From Candidatus Woesearchaeota archaeon (GTDB lineage: Archaea; Nanobdellota; Nanobdellia; Woesearchaeales; JAGVZT01), in contig JAANXH010000051.1 of the NCBI GenBank assembly GCA_018263355.1, positions 10,897 to 74,896 of the forward strand: a DNA stretch of 64,000 nt, read 5' to 3'. Numbering within the stretch: position 1 is the first letter of the stretch; each line of letters begins with the position of its first letter. Shown one piece after another: positions 25,792-35,302 of the stretch. The position numbers and the translations under genes were made by a program. The notes beneath the pieces are model-generated. The model was not told the DNA's origin and searched no databases. It saw nothing but the letters and a program-made list of their open reading frames with translations.

Positions 25792-27012
25792 TTAAATATC
25801 TTCTTCTGTCAATATCTTGACCTTACTGGCACCTTTGAATTTTGAGTCCATTGCAACTAAAAAGTTAATGTTTGCTCTTTGTGCAATACTTACCAAATCT
25901 TTTTCTACTACTCCATCAAAGATAACTGCATACATTCCTTTTTTCAAGCTTTTTATTGTTGTTTGAAGCTCACTTAAAGGAACTTTACCTAAGATTTCAA
26001 GCTTATCATCAAGAATATATGCCCCTCTAGTTCCAATCAGATCTTCAAGCATTGATTTAAATTTTGTTTTTTGATCAGAAGTCAGTTTAATTTTTTTTGA
26101 ACTTCTAGATTTGCTCTTAGAACGTCGGGAAGATTTGCTAGACTTACTAGATTTTTTTGAACTTGCAGGAAAATCACTTTTTTTCATTTCAAGTTTTGCC
26201 TGCTCCATTGCAATTTTTGACCTCAGTGCTTTGTGTAATTCCTTTTTTGTCATCTCCTCAACTTCTTTTCCATCTGGTGCTGTAGCAACATAATCAATCT
26301 CTGCCACACTTAACAAACCTTTAACAATCAGTTTACCACCTCTGTCTCCATCAACAAATACTGTGGTAATTTTTTCATTACATAATTTAACAATAGTATC
26401 TGGTACTGAAGTTCCATTCATTGCAATAGAGTTTTTAATTCCATGTTTAAGCAGGTTCAAAACATCTGCTCTTCCTTCAACAACAAGAATTTCATCTGAT
26501 TCATCAATATTTGGGCCTGCAGGCAATCTTTCTTTTCCATATTCTCTAACTGCCATCACCCTAACTGAATAAGCTACTTCATCTGAGATTTCCTGAGAAT
26601 CAGGAAGCACTCCATCCATAAGCTCTTTTAAAAGCTCTTTTGCACGACTAACTACAAAATTTCTTTTTGAAACTCTTACATCTTCTATTTTAGTAACTTT
26701 AATTTTAGCATTACATGGACCAATTCTTTGAATAACTTCCATTGCAGCACCGATTATTGCTGTCTCTGCCTTATCCATGCTAGAAGGTATTAAAATTGAA
26801 CCTGTTGTTTTACCTGATCTAGTTTCACATGTAACTTCTATTCTTCCAATTCTTCCACTTCTCTGGAGTTCTCTTAATTCTAACTCTGACCCAAGTAGAC
26901 CTTCTGTTTGCCCAAATATAGCTCCAATAACATCTGGTCTGTCTACTATCCCATCAATTTTTATTGATGCATGAATTATATATTTAGCTGAAACTGGACT
27001 AATCTTTCCCAT
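25792..27012 (-). CDS. dnaG: Archaeal DnaG-type primase / exosome-associated TOPRIM protein
   Basis: N-terminal KYIIHASIKIDGIVDRPDVIGAIFGQTEGLLGSELELRELQRSGRIGRIEV is the archaeal DnaG signature. TOPRIM region VVEGRADVLNLLKHGIKNSIAMNGT...VDGDRGG. Confidence 0.85.
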   Translation of the reverse strand: MGKISPVSAKYIIHASIKIDGIVDRPDVIGAIFGQTEGLLGSELELRELQRSGRIGRIEVTCETRSGKTTGSILIPSSMDKAETAIIGAAMEVIQRIGPCNAKIKVTKIEDVRVSKRNFVVSRAKELLKELMDGVLPDSQEISDEVAYSVRVMAVREYGKERLPAGPNIDESDEILVVEGRADVLNLLKHGIKNSIAMNGTSVPDTIVKLCNEKITTVFVDGDRGGKLIVKGLLSVAEIDYVATAPDGKEVEEMTKKELHKALRSKIAMEQAKLEMKKSDFPASSKKSSKSSKSSRRSKSKSRSSKKIKLTSDQKTKFKSMLEDLIGTRGAYILDDKLEILGKVPLSELQTTIKSLKKGMYAVIFDGVVEKDLVSIAQRANINFLVAMDSKFKGASKVKILTEEDI

Positions 27013-27362
27013 TTTACCTCACCCTCGGTTTACAAGAAGAAGTATAAATTATGCCTTTTTCCCAAAAAAATTAATGAATTGACAATCATGAAATACTCCT
27101 TCTTTTCTTATTAGAACAAGCAACACTTAATTTTTGGTTAAAAAATAACCATCATTTTTAGTTGAATTGAATAATGATTGAACGTAATATGCCTGTTCTA
27201 TTGAATTAATTATGAATTTAATGTGGCCCGAAACACTAACTCCCAAATTCATGGCTTGGCTTAGCCGTGAGCTCCTCTGAGTACTCTCGTGACGGGCCTA
27301 TTTATAAGATAATGAATAGATATATAAAAAGGTTATGTTTTATTTTCAATCTAGCGGGAATT

Positions 27363-28151
27363 ATGAAAAAAATTGGATTGGCTTTAAGTAGTGGAGGAGC
27401 AAGAGGATTTGCACAAATTGGTGTGCTTAAGGTTTTGGAAAAAGAATCAATCCCTATTAGCTATATTGCTGGTACAAGTATGGGAGCACTAATTGCTGCT
27501 CATTATGCACTTTATAAAAACATTTCAGAACTAGAGGATTTTGCACTTTCTTTCACCAGAAAAGATGTTTTAAAATCATTTGATTTAAATGACCCTCGAA
27601 AATCTTTAATTAAAGGAAAAAAAGCCAAAAAAATCCTAAAAGATTTATTTGGAGAAAAACGCTTTAAACATACTAAAATTCCTTTAAACATCAATGCCAC
27701 TGCTCTAGAAGATGGATCAGAAATAATCTTTAGATCTGGAAAAATAAGAAGAGCAGTACTTGCATCTGGTACAATTCCTGGATTACTTCCTCCTGTAAAG
27801 TATAAAGGCAAACACCTTGTAGATGGAGGACTTGTGGATGCTATTCCTGTTAATATAGTTAAAAAAATGGGTGCAGAAGCAATATTGGCTGTTGATCTAT
27901 ATACACTTGAAAAAACAGCTTTAAAAAGTACAAACCTAAAACCAATTATAAAGAGAACTAGGGAAATTCTAATGTCAAAACTTGCAGAGTATGGAGAAAA
28001 GCAATATGGAAAAGATATTATTGTTATTAAACCAGATTTAGGCAGAAAACCTGATACTTTTGCTTTTCACAAAGCTAAGCAGAAGATAAGAGCAGGAGAA
28101 GAAGCTACAAAAAATGCACTGGATAAAATCAAGAACCTAACAGATGAATGA
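27363..28151 (+). CDS. Patatin-like phospholipase
   Basis: GLALSSGGARG oxyanion hole, GTSMG nucleophile elbow (GxSxG) and DGG catalytic Asp motif. Start moved from the GTG at 27267 to the ATG at 27363 (MKKIGLAL). Confidence 0.85.
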   Translation: MKKIGLALSSGGARGFAQIGVLKVLEKESIPISYIAGTSMGALIAAHYALYKNISELEDFALSFTRKDVLKSFDLNDPRKSLIKGKKAKKILKDLFGEKRFKHTKIPLNINATALEDGSEIIFRSGKIRRAVLASGTIPGLLPPVKYKGKHLVDGGLVDAIPVNIVKKMGAEAILAVDLYTLEKTALKSTNLKPIIKRTREILMSKLAEYGEKQYGKDIIVIKPDLGRKPDTFAFHKAKQKIRAGEEATKNALDKIKNLTDE

Positions 28152-28556
28152 GAACAAGCATAGTTTGATTACTTTCACCACCAAACAGTAAAACTTATAA
28201 ATACAAACATCATATTATTCTACATTATGGTAAAATGTGATTGTCCCTGGCAATTGTAAACTATTTTTCTACTTTTATTTAGCTTTAAATCCTTTATTTA
28301 AGGATTTGTTATTTGGATGCTGGCACTAGATTTCTTTATTTTATATTTAAGAGTATATTTGGGCTTATTTTTTAATTTAGCGAAAGCTTTAGGGTTTATT
28401 TACTTCTTAGAAACGAAAGATTTAAATACAAGTTATATCTTCCACTAATTGTTGTCAAAATGACAAAAGAAAAATATCAAACAGGATTTTGGCGTTAAAA
28501 CTAGTTCTTTGTAGTTATAATTAGATTTTTTTTAGATCAAATTAAGATTAGAATCA

Positions 28557-28922
28557 ATGGAGGTAAGCAGAATGTTTGAAGAATTAAAAGATAAATTAGC
28601 AAAAGGTTTTGAGATCTTTTATGTTGGACGCGAAAATCATCAACTAAGAGAAGAGCTCAGAAAGTTAGGCTTTACTGAAGAAGCAAGAAAGGCTAAATAC
28701 TACTCATTAGATTTACCAGGTTTACAATTTGAGGAAAATGTTTTATTAATTGACAAAAAGTTGTACACTTTTGCAGATAGAGAACTTGAGTACACTGGAA
28801 TTGAAAGAACAGTAAATCACTCAGACTTTGCTGGTGCAATCACAATCACTTACACAAAAAAGGGAGAAGTATTGCATGAAGATAAAAGATATACAACAGG
28901 TTGGTATCATTCAACATGGTAA
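28557..28922 (+). CDS. Hypothetical protein
   Basis: 121-aa ORF with no recognisable motif. Confidence 0.3.
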   Translation: MEVSRMFEELKDKLAKGFEIFYVGRENHQLREELRKLGFTEEARKAKYYSLDLPGLQFEENVLLIDKKLYTFADRELEYTGIERTVNHSDFAGAITITYTKKGEVLHEDKRYTTGWYHSTW

Positions 28923-28938
28923 ATACAACAATACACAG

Positions 28939-29010
28939 GGGACATGGCTTAACTGGCTAGAGTAGCTGGCTCCAGACCAGCAGGTCCCGGTTCAAGTCCG
29001 GGTGTTCCCA
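28939..29010 (+). tRNA. tRNA-Trp (anticodon CCA)
   Basis: GGGGACA / UG / D-arm / GCUGG-CUCCAGA-CCAGC anticodon arm (loop CU-CCA-GA) / AGGUC / CCGGG-UUCAAGU-CCCGG T-arm / UGUUCCC acceptor / discriminator A. 72 nt, no intron, CCA not encoded. Confidence 0.85.
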
Positions 29011-29025
29011 TCCAACAAAGATTGG

Positions 29026-29193
29026 ATGAGGAAAAAAATGAAAGAAAAAATTAGAAAAATTAGGACAAAGAGTGAGTTAAAACAGGTACATACAGCATTA
29101 CTACTCATCACCACATGTGTGATGGAACAAGCCCAGATTACGCTACAAAATTCACATACTTCAGAACTGGAGATGTCAACAAGTCTCTGTTAG
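29026..29193 (+). CDS. Small ORF, candidate precursor peptide (speculative)
   Basis: MRKKMKEKIRKIRTKSELKQVHTALLLITTCVMEQAQITLQNSHTSELEMSTSLC: a basic leader-like N-terminus and a Cys/Thr/Ser-containing C-terminus ending in Cys. It lies 33 nt upstream of the radical-SAM/SPASM-like gene. The track ORF start at 29002 overlaps the tRNA-Trp 3' end and was trimmed. Confidence 0.2.
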   Translation: MRKKMKEKIRKIRTKSELKQVHTALLLITTCVMEQAQITLQNSHTSELEMSTSLC

Positions 29194-29226
29194 AATTAGT
29201 GTGTCCCAGTCAGATGGAGAATTTAA

Positions 29227-30084
29227 ATGAAACCGAAAGTCGTTTTGATGGTAAATGATAGGAAATCGTGCAATATTAGATGTAATCATTGCTATGTTCC
29301 TGACTATGGAAAAAGAACATCTAAATCCACACTTGAGGAAACAATAAGGCTTCAAGAACAGGGTTATGATGTAATTATTGCAGGTACAGAGACTTTGGCT
29401 GACCCAATGTATTTACACGCATACAAACAAGCAGGACAGGATTATCTGCTGACAAATGGCTTAATCTTACTCCAAGACCCAGATATTTTTGACAAACTAC
29501 TTAAAGCAGAAATCAAAACACTGCAAATGAGTGCTCATTTTGAAGTCCAGGAAGAGTTAAATAGTATTCCAATTGATGTTGTAAAAAAAGCTGTTGGACT
29601 CTCAAAAAATAACGGATTCAGAGTAAGACTTGCAACCACAATTACCTCTGTTAATTATGAAGAAGTTCATCTAATGAGTACCTTAGCATATTACATGGGT
29701 GCAGATGAGATAAAGTTTATTAACTATCTTCCGATTGGTAGTGCATCAGCTAATAATGATTTAACATTAGATGAAGTACAGAGATCAAAATTCTTTGATC
29801 AAATAAATCAAGTTAGAGATTTTATAGATATAGACCAACTGAGAATACTATTACACGGTAACTTTGGTCCAAAACCAGGATCAAAAGGAGAAGTATTAGC
29901 AAATGAAAATTGCTATTGCCCTGCAGGAGATGAAATCATTGCTATTAATCCAAAAGGTGAGATCTACGGTTGTCCATTTCTTATGGAAAGTCAAAATATT
30001 GGGACATATCAAAATGGAGATCTATTGATTCATAACACTTTAACAAAAGATAAAAGACAAACATGTATTGCTAATTTACTATGA
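29227..30084 (+). CDS. Radical SAM protein with C-terminal SPASM/twitch-like Cys cluster
   Basis: CNIRCNHC (CX3CX2C) at the N-terminus. C-terminal ENCYCPAG...GEIYGCPF...TC, consistent with an auxiliary Fe-S (twitch/SPASM-like) domain. 285 aa. Confidence 0.65.
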   Translation: MKPKVVLMVNDRKSCNIRCNHCYVPDYGKRTSKSTLEETIRLQEQGYDVIIAGTETLADPMYLHAYKQAGQDYLLTNGLILLQDPDIFDKLLKAEIKTLQMSAHFEVQEELNSIPIDVVKKAVGLSKNNGFRVRLATTITSVNYEEVHLMSTLAYYMGADEIKFINYLPIGSASANNDLTLDEVQRSKFFDQINQVRDFIDIDQLRILLHGNFGPKPGSKGEVLANENCYCPAGDEIIAINPKGEIYGCPFLMESQNIGTYQNGDLLIHNTLTKDKRQTCIANLL

Positions 30085-30113
30085 ATATACAAAAATTTTA
30101 AATAAGAACTAAA

Positions 30114-31226
30114 ATGAAAGAAGATAATATGAAAAACACAATTGATACATATGGATCAGAATTAGTTGAGGATTATAGTAGAGTTATGAAGAATTTTGGA
30201 TTAGAATTGTTCAACCCAAAGTTATTTCCTAATCCAAACAGAATTATGAGAAGAGGTATTGAATATGGTGGAAGAGATTTGAAAAAGATAGCTAATGCAA
30301 TTAAGAAAAAAAAGCCTTTTTATGTGCTTTCTGGAATTATGCCTACTGCAGACAAAATACATCTTGGAACAAAGATGGTTGTAGAAAACATTGCCTATTT
30401 TCAAAAACAAGGAGCTATTACCTACATTCTTGTTGCTGATTTAGAGGCTGCAGCTGCAAGGGGAGTTCCCCTAAAAGAAGGCAGAAAAAGAGCAATGCAG
30501 TTTCATATTCCTGCATACATAGCATTAGGATTAGATCCAAAAAAAACTTTTTTTTATTTTCAGTCTGAAAACAAGACAGTTGTACATCTTGCATATGAAT
30601 TTGCAAAAAAGATAACCCTTAATGAATTTAAGGGAATATATGGTAGTGCTGACCCAGGCAGAATTATGTCAGCAGTAACACAGGTTGCAGATATTTTGTT
30701 CCCACAAATACATAAACAGAGAATGCCAGGAATAATTCCAACTGGAACAGATCAAGACCCACACATAAGATTAACTAGAGATATTGTTTCCAGAACAAAA
30801 TCTAAATATAAATTTCAAACTGTTTCATCTTGTTATCATAAATATATGCCCTCTCTTGATGGTTCACTAAAAATGTCTAAGTCCAAACCAAACTCTTGTA
30901 TTAGTCTACCTGAAGAACCAAAATTAGTTTGCAAAAAACTTAAGAGTGCTTTAACTGGGGGAAAAGACACAATTGAAGAACAGAAAAAACAAGGAGGAGA
31001 TCCTGAGAAATGTATGATTTTTGAATTGTACAAACAACATCTTATTGAAGATGACAATGAACTTGAGAGCATTTATAAAAGATGCAAAGCAGGCACTCTT
31101 CTTTGTGGTGAGGATAAAAAATATGCTTGTCAGAAAATGACAGAATTCATGGAAAAGTTTCAAAAAGATCTTAAGAATGCCAGAAAAAATATTAATAAAC
31201 TTAATTTTATTAATTTCAATGATTAA
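30114..31226 (+). CDS. trpS: Tryptophanyl-tRNA synthetase (archaeal/eukaryal type)
   Basis: ADKIHLGT (HIGH-like) and KMSKS. C-terminal GGKDTIEEQKKQGGDPEKCMIFELYKQHLIEDDNELESIYKRCKAGTLLCGEDKK aligns with the eukaryal/archaeal TrpRS region GGRDTIEEHRQFGGN...[26 protein letters not shown]. Confidence 0.85.
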   Translation: MKEDNMKNTIDTYGSELVEDYSRVMKNFGLELFNPKLFPNPNRIMRRGIEYGGRDLKKIANAIKKKKPFYVLSGIMPTADKIHLGTKMVVENIAYFQKQGAITYILVADLEAAAARGVPLKEGRKRAMQFHIPAYIALGLDPKKTFFYFQSENKTVVHLAYEFAKKITLNEFKGIYGSADPGRIMSAVTQVADILFPQIHKQRMPGIIPTGTDQDPHIRLTRDIVSRTKSKYKFQTVSSCYHKYMPSLDGSLKMSKSKPNSCISLPEEPKLVCKKLKSALTGGKDTIEEQKKQGGDPEKCMIFELYKQHLIEDDNELESIYKRCKAGTLLCGEDKKYACQKMTEFMEKFQKDLKNARKNINKLNFINFND

Positions 31227-31283
31227 TTTTATCAGTAAACTATATAAATTAGATTCATAATAAAAAACTAAAGAGGTGTTTAA

Positions 31284-31475
31284 ATGGAAAAATACGCTCC
31301 CTTACCAGGAGGATTTATGGCTGCTGCAATAATTGGATTATTTGTATCTGGTTTTTATGTTATTAAACATAGCAAGACTTGGGGATTTACATTCCTTCTT
31401 TTCTTTGGAATCCTATTCATAGCTTCACTTATTACAATGACATATGGACCAGAAGAAGCAATGCTAAAAAAATAA
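31284..31475 (+). CDS. Small membrane protein (hypothetical)
   Basis: 63-aa ORF with two hydrophobic helices. Confidence 0.3.
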   Translation: MEKYAPLPGGFMAAAIIGLFVSGFYVIKHSKTWGFTFLLFFGILFIASLITMTYGPEEAMLKK

Positions 31476-31781
31476 TTATTTGCCACCAAATAATTTATCA
31501 AATTTTTCTTTAGCTCTGCTTTCTTTCCAATAAACAGTGTGAGAAGCTCTTTTTTCAAAAAGTGCAATTGCTACATTTATCAGATCTGTTTGATACTGTT
31601 TAAGTTCTTTTTTTCCAAATAGCTCTTTAGAGTCATCAATACACTCTTTCATTATTCGAATATTATCTTTTCTTGCCTTTTTCTCCTCTTTTTCTTCTTC
31701 CTCTTGTGTTAGATATACTTCTTCCCATACTGGATATGTTGTTCCTTTTACAGTCCTTGGAAAACTTTTACTAAATCCCAT
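31476..31781 (-). CDS. Hypothetical protein
   Basis: 101-aa ORF, charged and helical. Confidence 0.3.
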   Translation of the reverse strand: MGFSKSFPRTVKGTTYPVWEEVYLTQEEEEKEEKKARKDNIRIMKECIDDSKELFGKKELKQYQTDLINVAIALFEKRASHTVYWKESRAKEKFDKLFGGK

Positions 31782-32207
31782 ATTTATATTAAGAATTTTA
31801 AGCTATTTAAAGGTTTCTGGTACTAATCCGAAATCTGTTATCCCGAAAGTGGGGCACATCCCGAAACAACTGAGTAATACCAACTAAACAACTAGTGAAG
31901 TTAGAGCACTTTAAACCTCCACAAGTGTGACTTTCAACAATTCTGAACATTAAAAACAGAATATTTGTTTCTGGTTGAGTCAAGTATGAAATGTTAGCCA
32001 AAATATACCGCTCACTTACCAGTTTGTGAAATTATTAGCAATTAAATTTACAATACTAATTTAGAGAAGACAAACTGTTTTGCATAGCTTCTTACGATTG
32101 TTGAGGTCTCGCTCACCAATCAGGTATTGCTTTTGGCTCTCCTCATCAAACTTGACTTCATCTTTGTTTCGATAAATTTATAAACCTTATATTATTTGCT
32201 AAATTAG

Positions 32208-32642
32208 GTGATTTTAATGACTGTTGTAGGCATGAGTTTTACAAAAATAAACATTGAAAAGAAGAAACCAGCCAAAGGTAAACTTAATATTAAAAATAAT
32301 ATCGCAATTAGAGATGTAAAGCAAACTGATCTTTCATTAGGTAATGTTAAAGAACAAGGCTTAAAATTTATATTTGAATATACTTCTAATTATTCTCCAG
32401 ATGTTGCAGAAATCAATATTGTTGGTGAAGTATTATTCTTAACTGATGAAAAAACAGCTAAGGAAACTGAAAAAAACTGGAAAGATGAAAAAAAGATTGC
32501 AAAAAAGCTAGTAAGGCCTGTTTTAAATTCTGCCTTAACTAAAAGCAATATTCAGGCAATTATGCTAAGTAAGGAGATTAATTTACCTCCTCCAATCCCT
32601 CTTCCAAAAGTTGAGTCTAAAAACCAAAACTATATTCGTTAA
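32208..32642 (+). CDS. Hypothetical protein
   Basis: 144-aa ORF immediately upstream of cdc48. No motif recognised; the start may be the internal MSFTK. Confidence 0.3.
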   Translation: MILMTVVGMSFTKINIEKKKPAKGKLNIKNNIAIRDVKQTDLSLGNVKEQGLKFIFEYTSNYSPDVAEINIVGEVLFLTDEKTAKETEKNWKDEKKIAKKLVRPVLNSALTKSNIQAIMLSKEINLPPPIPLPKVESKNQNYIR

Positions 32643-32688
32643 ATTATTCAACAAAAGATTTATTTATTAAAAGGTATTACAGGTAGCT

Positions 32689-34956
32689 ATGGCAAGTAAA
32701 AAATTAAAAGTTGCAGAAGCAATTCAGGATGATGTAAATAAGGGAATAGTCAGAATTGATACTTCTAACATGCACGCAATAGGTGTCAGACCAGGAGACA
32801 TTGTTGAAATTTCTGGTGAAAGAAAAACTGTTGCTATTGTTGATAGAGCATATCCCGGAGATATTGGACTTGATATTATAAGAATGGATGGAATTATCAG
32901 GAGAAACTCTAAAGCAGGCATTGGAGAGGTTGTCCAAATAAATAAAGCTGAAGTAAAAGAAGCTAAAAAAGTTATTATTGCACCTGATAGAAAAGGTATT
33001 TTGGTCAGAGCATCATCAGAGATTTTTAAAAGAGGACTGATGGGTAGAGCTGTTGCAAAAGGAGATATTGTAAGTTTAGGTGGCTCAAAAAGCAGAAGAA
33101 ACACATTATCTGAAAGTTCTATGTTTGAAGATGTTTTTAATATTCCAAACGAATTACTTGGATTTGGATTTGGAGACTTAAAATTCAGAGTTGTAGACAC
33201 TCAGCCAAAAAAAGCAGTTATTATTTCTGATTTGACAAAAGTTGTTTTTAATCCTGAAGCTGTTGAAGTAGCTGAAGACAGAGTGCTTGAGGTTACTTAT
33301 GAAGATATTGGTGGACTGGATGAAGAAATCAAAAAAGTCAGAGAAATGGTTGAATTACCCCTAAAACATCCAGAAATATTTGAAAGACTGGGAATTGAAC
33401 CACCAAAAGGTGTCCTGCTTCAAGGCCCACCAGGAACTGGAAAAACTCTGCTAGCTAAAGCTGTAGCTTCTGAAACAAATTCTCATTTTATACTAATAAA
33501 TGGACCAGAAATAATGAGTAAATATTATGGTCAAAGTGAACAAAATCTTAGGAAAAAATTTGATGACGCTGAGAAAAATGCACCGTCAATAATATTTATT
33601 GATGAGATTGATGCTATTGCAAGCAAAAGAGAGGATGCACAAGGAGAAGTAGAGAGAAGAGTTGTAGCACAGCTGCTTGCTTTAATGGACGGGCTAAAAT
33701 CTCGTGGAAAGGTTATTGTTATTGCTGCTACAAATGTTCCTAATTTACTTGATCCTGCCCTAAGAAGACCAGGAAGATTTGATAGAGAACTTGAGATAGG
33801 TGTTCCAAGCAAAGAAGGAAGACTAAATATTTTAAAAATTCACACTAGAGGCATGCCTTTAGCTGAAGATGTTAATCTTAAGTATTTTGCTGATGTCACT
33901 CATGGTTTTGTTGGCGCAGATCTTGCATCACTTGCAAAAGAAGCAGCCATGATTGTTCTAAGAAGATTACTACCAAAATTACAATTTAAGGAAGAAGAAC
34001 CTATTCCAACAGAAGTTTTAGAAAAACTTAGAGTTACTAGAGAGGATTTTAAAGAAGCACTCAAAGTTGTCAGACCAAGTGCAATGAGAGAAGTACTTGT
34101 TGAAGTTCCAAATATTAAGTGGACTGATGTTGGGGGATTAGAACATGTACAACAAGAATTAGTTGAAGCTGTTGAATGGCCTTTAAAAAATCCTGAAGCG
34201 TTTAAAAGACTCGGAGTTAAACCGCCTAAAGGTATATTATTATATGGTGCTCCAGGAACTGGAAAAACCCTATTAGCTAAAGCTGTTGCATCTGAATCTG
34301 AGGCAAACTTCATTCTTGTCAAAGGTCCGGAATTATTAAGTAAGTGGGTTGGAGAAAGTGAAAAAGCTGTAAGAAAAGTATTTGAAAAAGCACGCCAAAC
34401 TGCACCAACAATAATCTTTTTTGATGAACTTGATGCTATAGTTCCAAGAAGAGGAACAAAGTCAGATAGTCAAGTTACTGAAAGAGTTGTAAACCAAATC
34501 TTAACAGAAATGGATGGACTGGTTGATTTAAATGATGTTGTTGTAATTGCTGCAACAAATAGACCAGATATTATTGACACTGCACTACTTAGACCTGGAA
34601 GATTTGATAGATTAATTTTAACACCTGTACCAGACAAAAAGGCCAGAGAAGAGATACTTAAGGTTCACACAAAGAATATGCCATTAAAAGATGTTGACAT
34701 CAGTAAGCTTGCTGAAAAGACTAAAGGATATGTCGGAGCAGATATTGAAGCAATTTGCAGAGAAGCTGCAATCTTAGCATTAAGAAAAGATATTAAAACA
34801 AAAAAAGTACTAGAAAAACACTTCAAAGCAGCTATGGAAAAAGTAAGACCTTCAATAACAAAAGAAATACAAAAAGCTTATGAAAAGTTTGGAAAAGTAT
34901 ATAGGTCTGCAGCTGGAAAAGAAATGAAGGAAGAAAAACCTTCATATTATGGTTAA
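32689..34956 (+). CDS. cdc48: CDC48/VCP-like AAA+ ATPase (two AAA domains)
   Basis: Two Walker A GPPGTGKT / GAPGTGKT motifs, two Walker B (IIFIDEID / IIFFDELD), second-region-of-homology arginines, and a CDC48 N-domain at the start. 755 aa. Confidence 0.9.
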   Translation: MASKKLKVAEAIQDDVNKGIVRIDTSNMHAIGVRPGDIVEISGERKTVAIVDRAYPGDIGLDIIRMDGIIRRNSKAGIGEVVQINKAEVKEAKKVIIAPDRKGILVRASSEIFKRGLMGRAVAKGDIVSLGGSKSRRNTLSESSMFEDVFNIPNELLGFGFGDLKFRVVDTQPKKAVIISDLTKVVFNPEAVEVAEDRVLEVTYEDIGGLDEEIKKVREMVELPLKHPEIFERLGIEPPKGVLLQGPPGTGKTLLAKAVASETNSHFILINGPEIMSKYYGQSEQNLRKKFDDAEKNAPSIIFIDEIDAIASKREDAQGEVERRVVAQLLALMDGLKSRGKVIVIAATNVPNLLDPALRRPGRFDRELEIGVPSKEGRLNILKIHTRGMPLAEDVNLKYFADVTHGFVGADLASLAKEAAMIVLRRLLPKLQFKEEEPIPTEVLEKLRVTREDFKEALKVVRPSAMREVLVEVPNIKWTDVGGLEHVQQELVEAVEWPLKNPEAFKRLGVKPPKGILLYGAPGTGKTLLAKAVASESEANFILVKGPELLSKWVGESEKAVRKVFEKARQTAPTIIFFDELDAIVPRRGTKSDSQVTERVVNQILTEMDGLVDLNDVVVIAATNRPDIIDTALLRPGRFDRLILTPVPDKKAREEILKVHTKNMPLKDVDISKLAEKTKGYVGADIEAICREAAILALRKDIKTKKVLEKHFKAAMEKVRPSITKEIQKAYEKFGKVYRSAAGKEMKEEKPSYYG

Positions 34957-35266
34957 CAATATGAAAAACTTTCATAGAAACTTAAACAAGATAATAAAAA
35001 GCTATAGGAGAATTAAATCTAAGCAAAGAAGCATTAAACATGATGTTGATAAACTCCATGATATGGAAAAAAGAACAAAACATCTTGAAAAAAAATTAAC
35101 TCATCTTAAAAGATTAGAAGATACAGAAGAAATTGCAAAAGAAGCCAAAAAGATAATTCGTGAAGAAAAAAATTATCTGGCTGACATGGAACAAAGAGTT
35201 AAAAGAACCATTAAATGGGCAAAAAATCAACGCAGGTCAATTAGAAGAATAAAAAAGAAGATTTAG
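34949..35266 (+). CDS. Small basic coiled-coil protein (hypothetical)
   Basis: 105-aa K/R/E-rich heptad-like sequence. Overlaps the cdc48 stop by 8 nt, so it is probably co-translated. Confidence 0.35.
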   Translation: MVNNMKNFHRNLNKIIKSYRRIKSKQRSIKHDVDKLHDMEKRTKHLEKKLTHLKRLEDTEEIAKEAKKIIREEKNYLADMEQRVKRTIKWAKNQRRSIRRIKKKI

Positions 35267-35302
35267 CAAAGTTTTTTATTCTATTTCTGTATTCCTTTAG
35301 AT

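Noticed and set aside
29100-29220. C/D box sRNA overlapping the small ORF upstream of the rSAM gene
   Set aside because: Near matches exist (GUGAUGG, UCAGA), but there is no clean C (RUGAUGA) plus D (CUGA) pair with terminal pairing. Evidence is insufficient.
32704-34322. Minus-strand ORFs 32704-32937, 32724-33200, 33531-33812 and 33900-34322
   Set aside because: They are antisense within the CDC48 gene, which has two unmistakable AAA domains. Their products are low-complexity S/T/L-rich translations.
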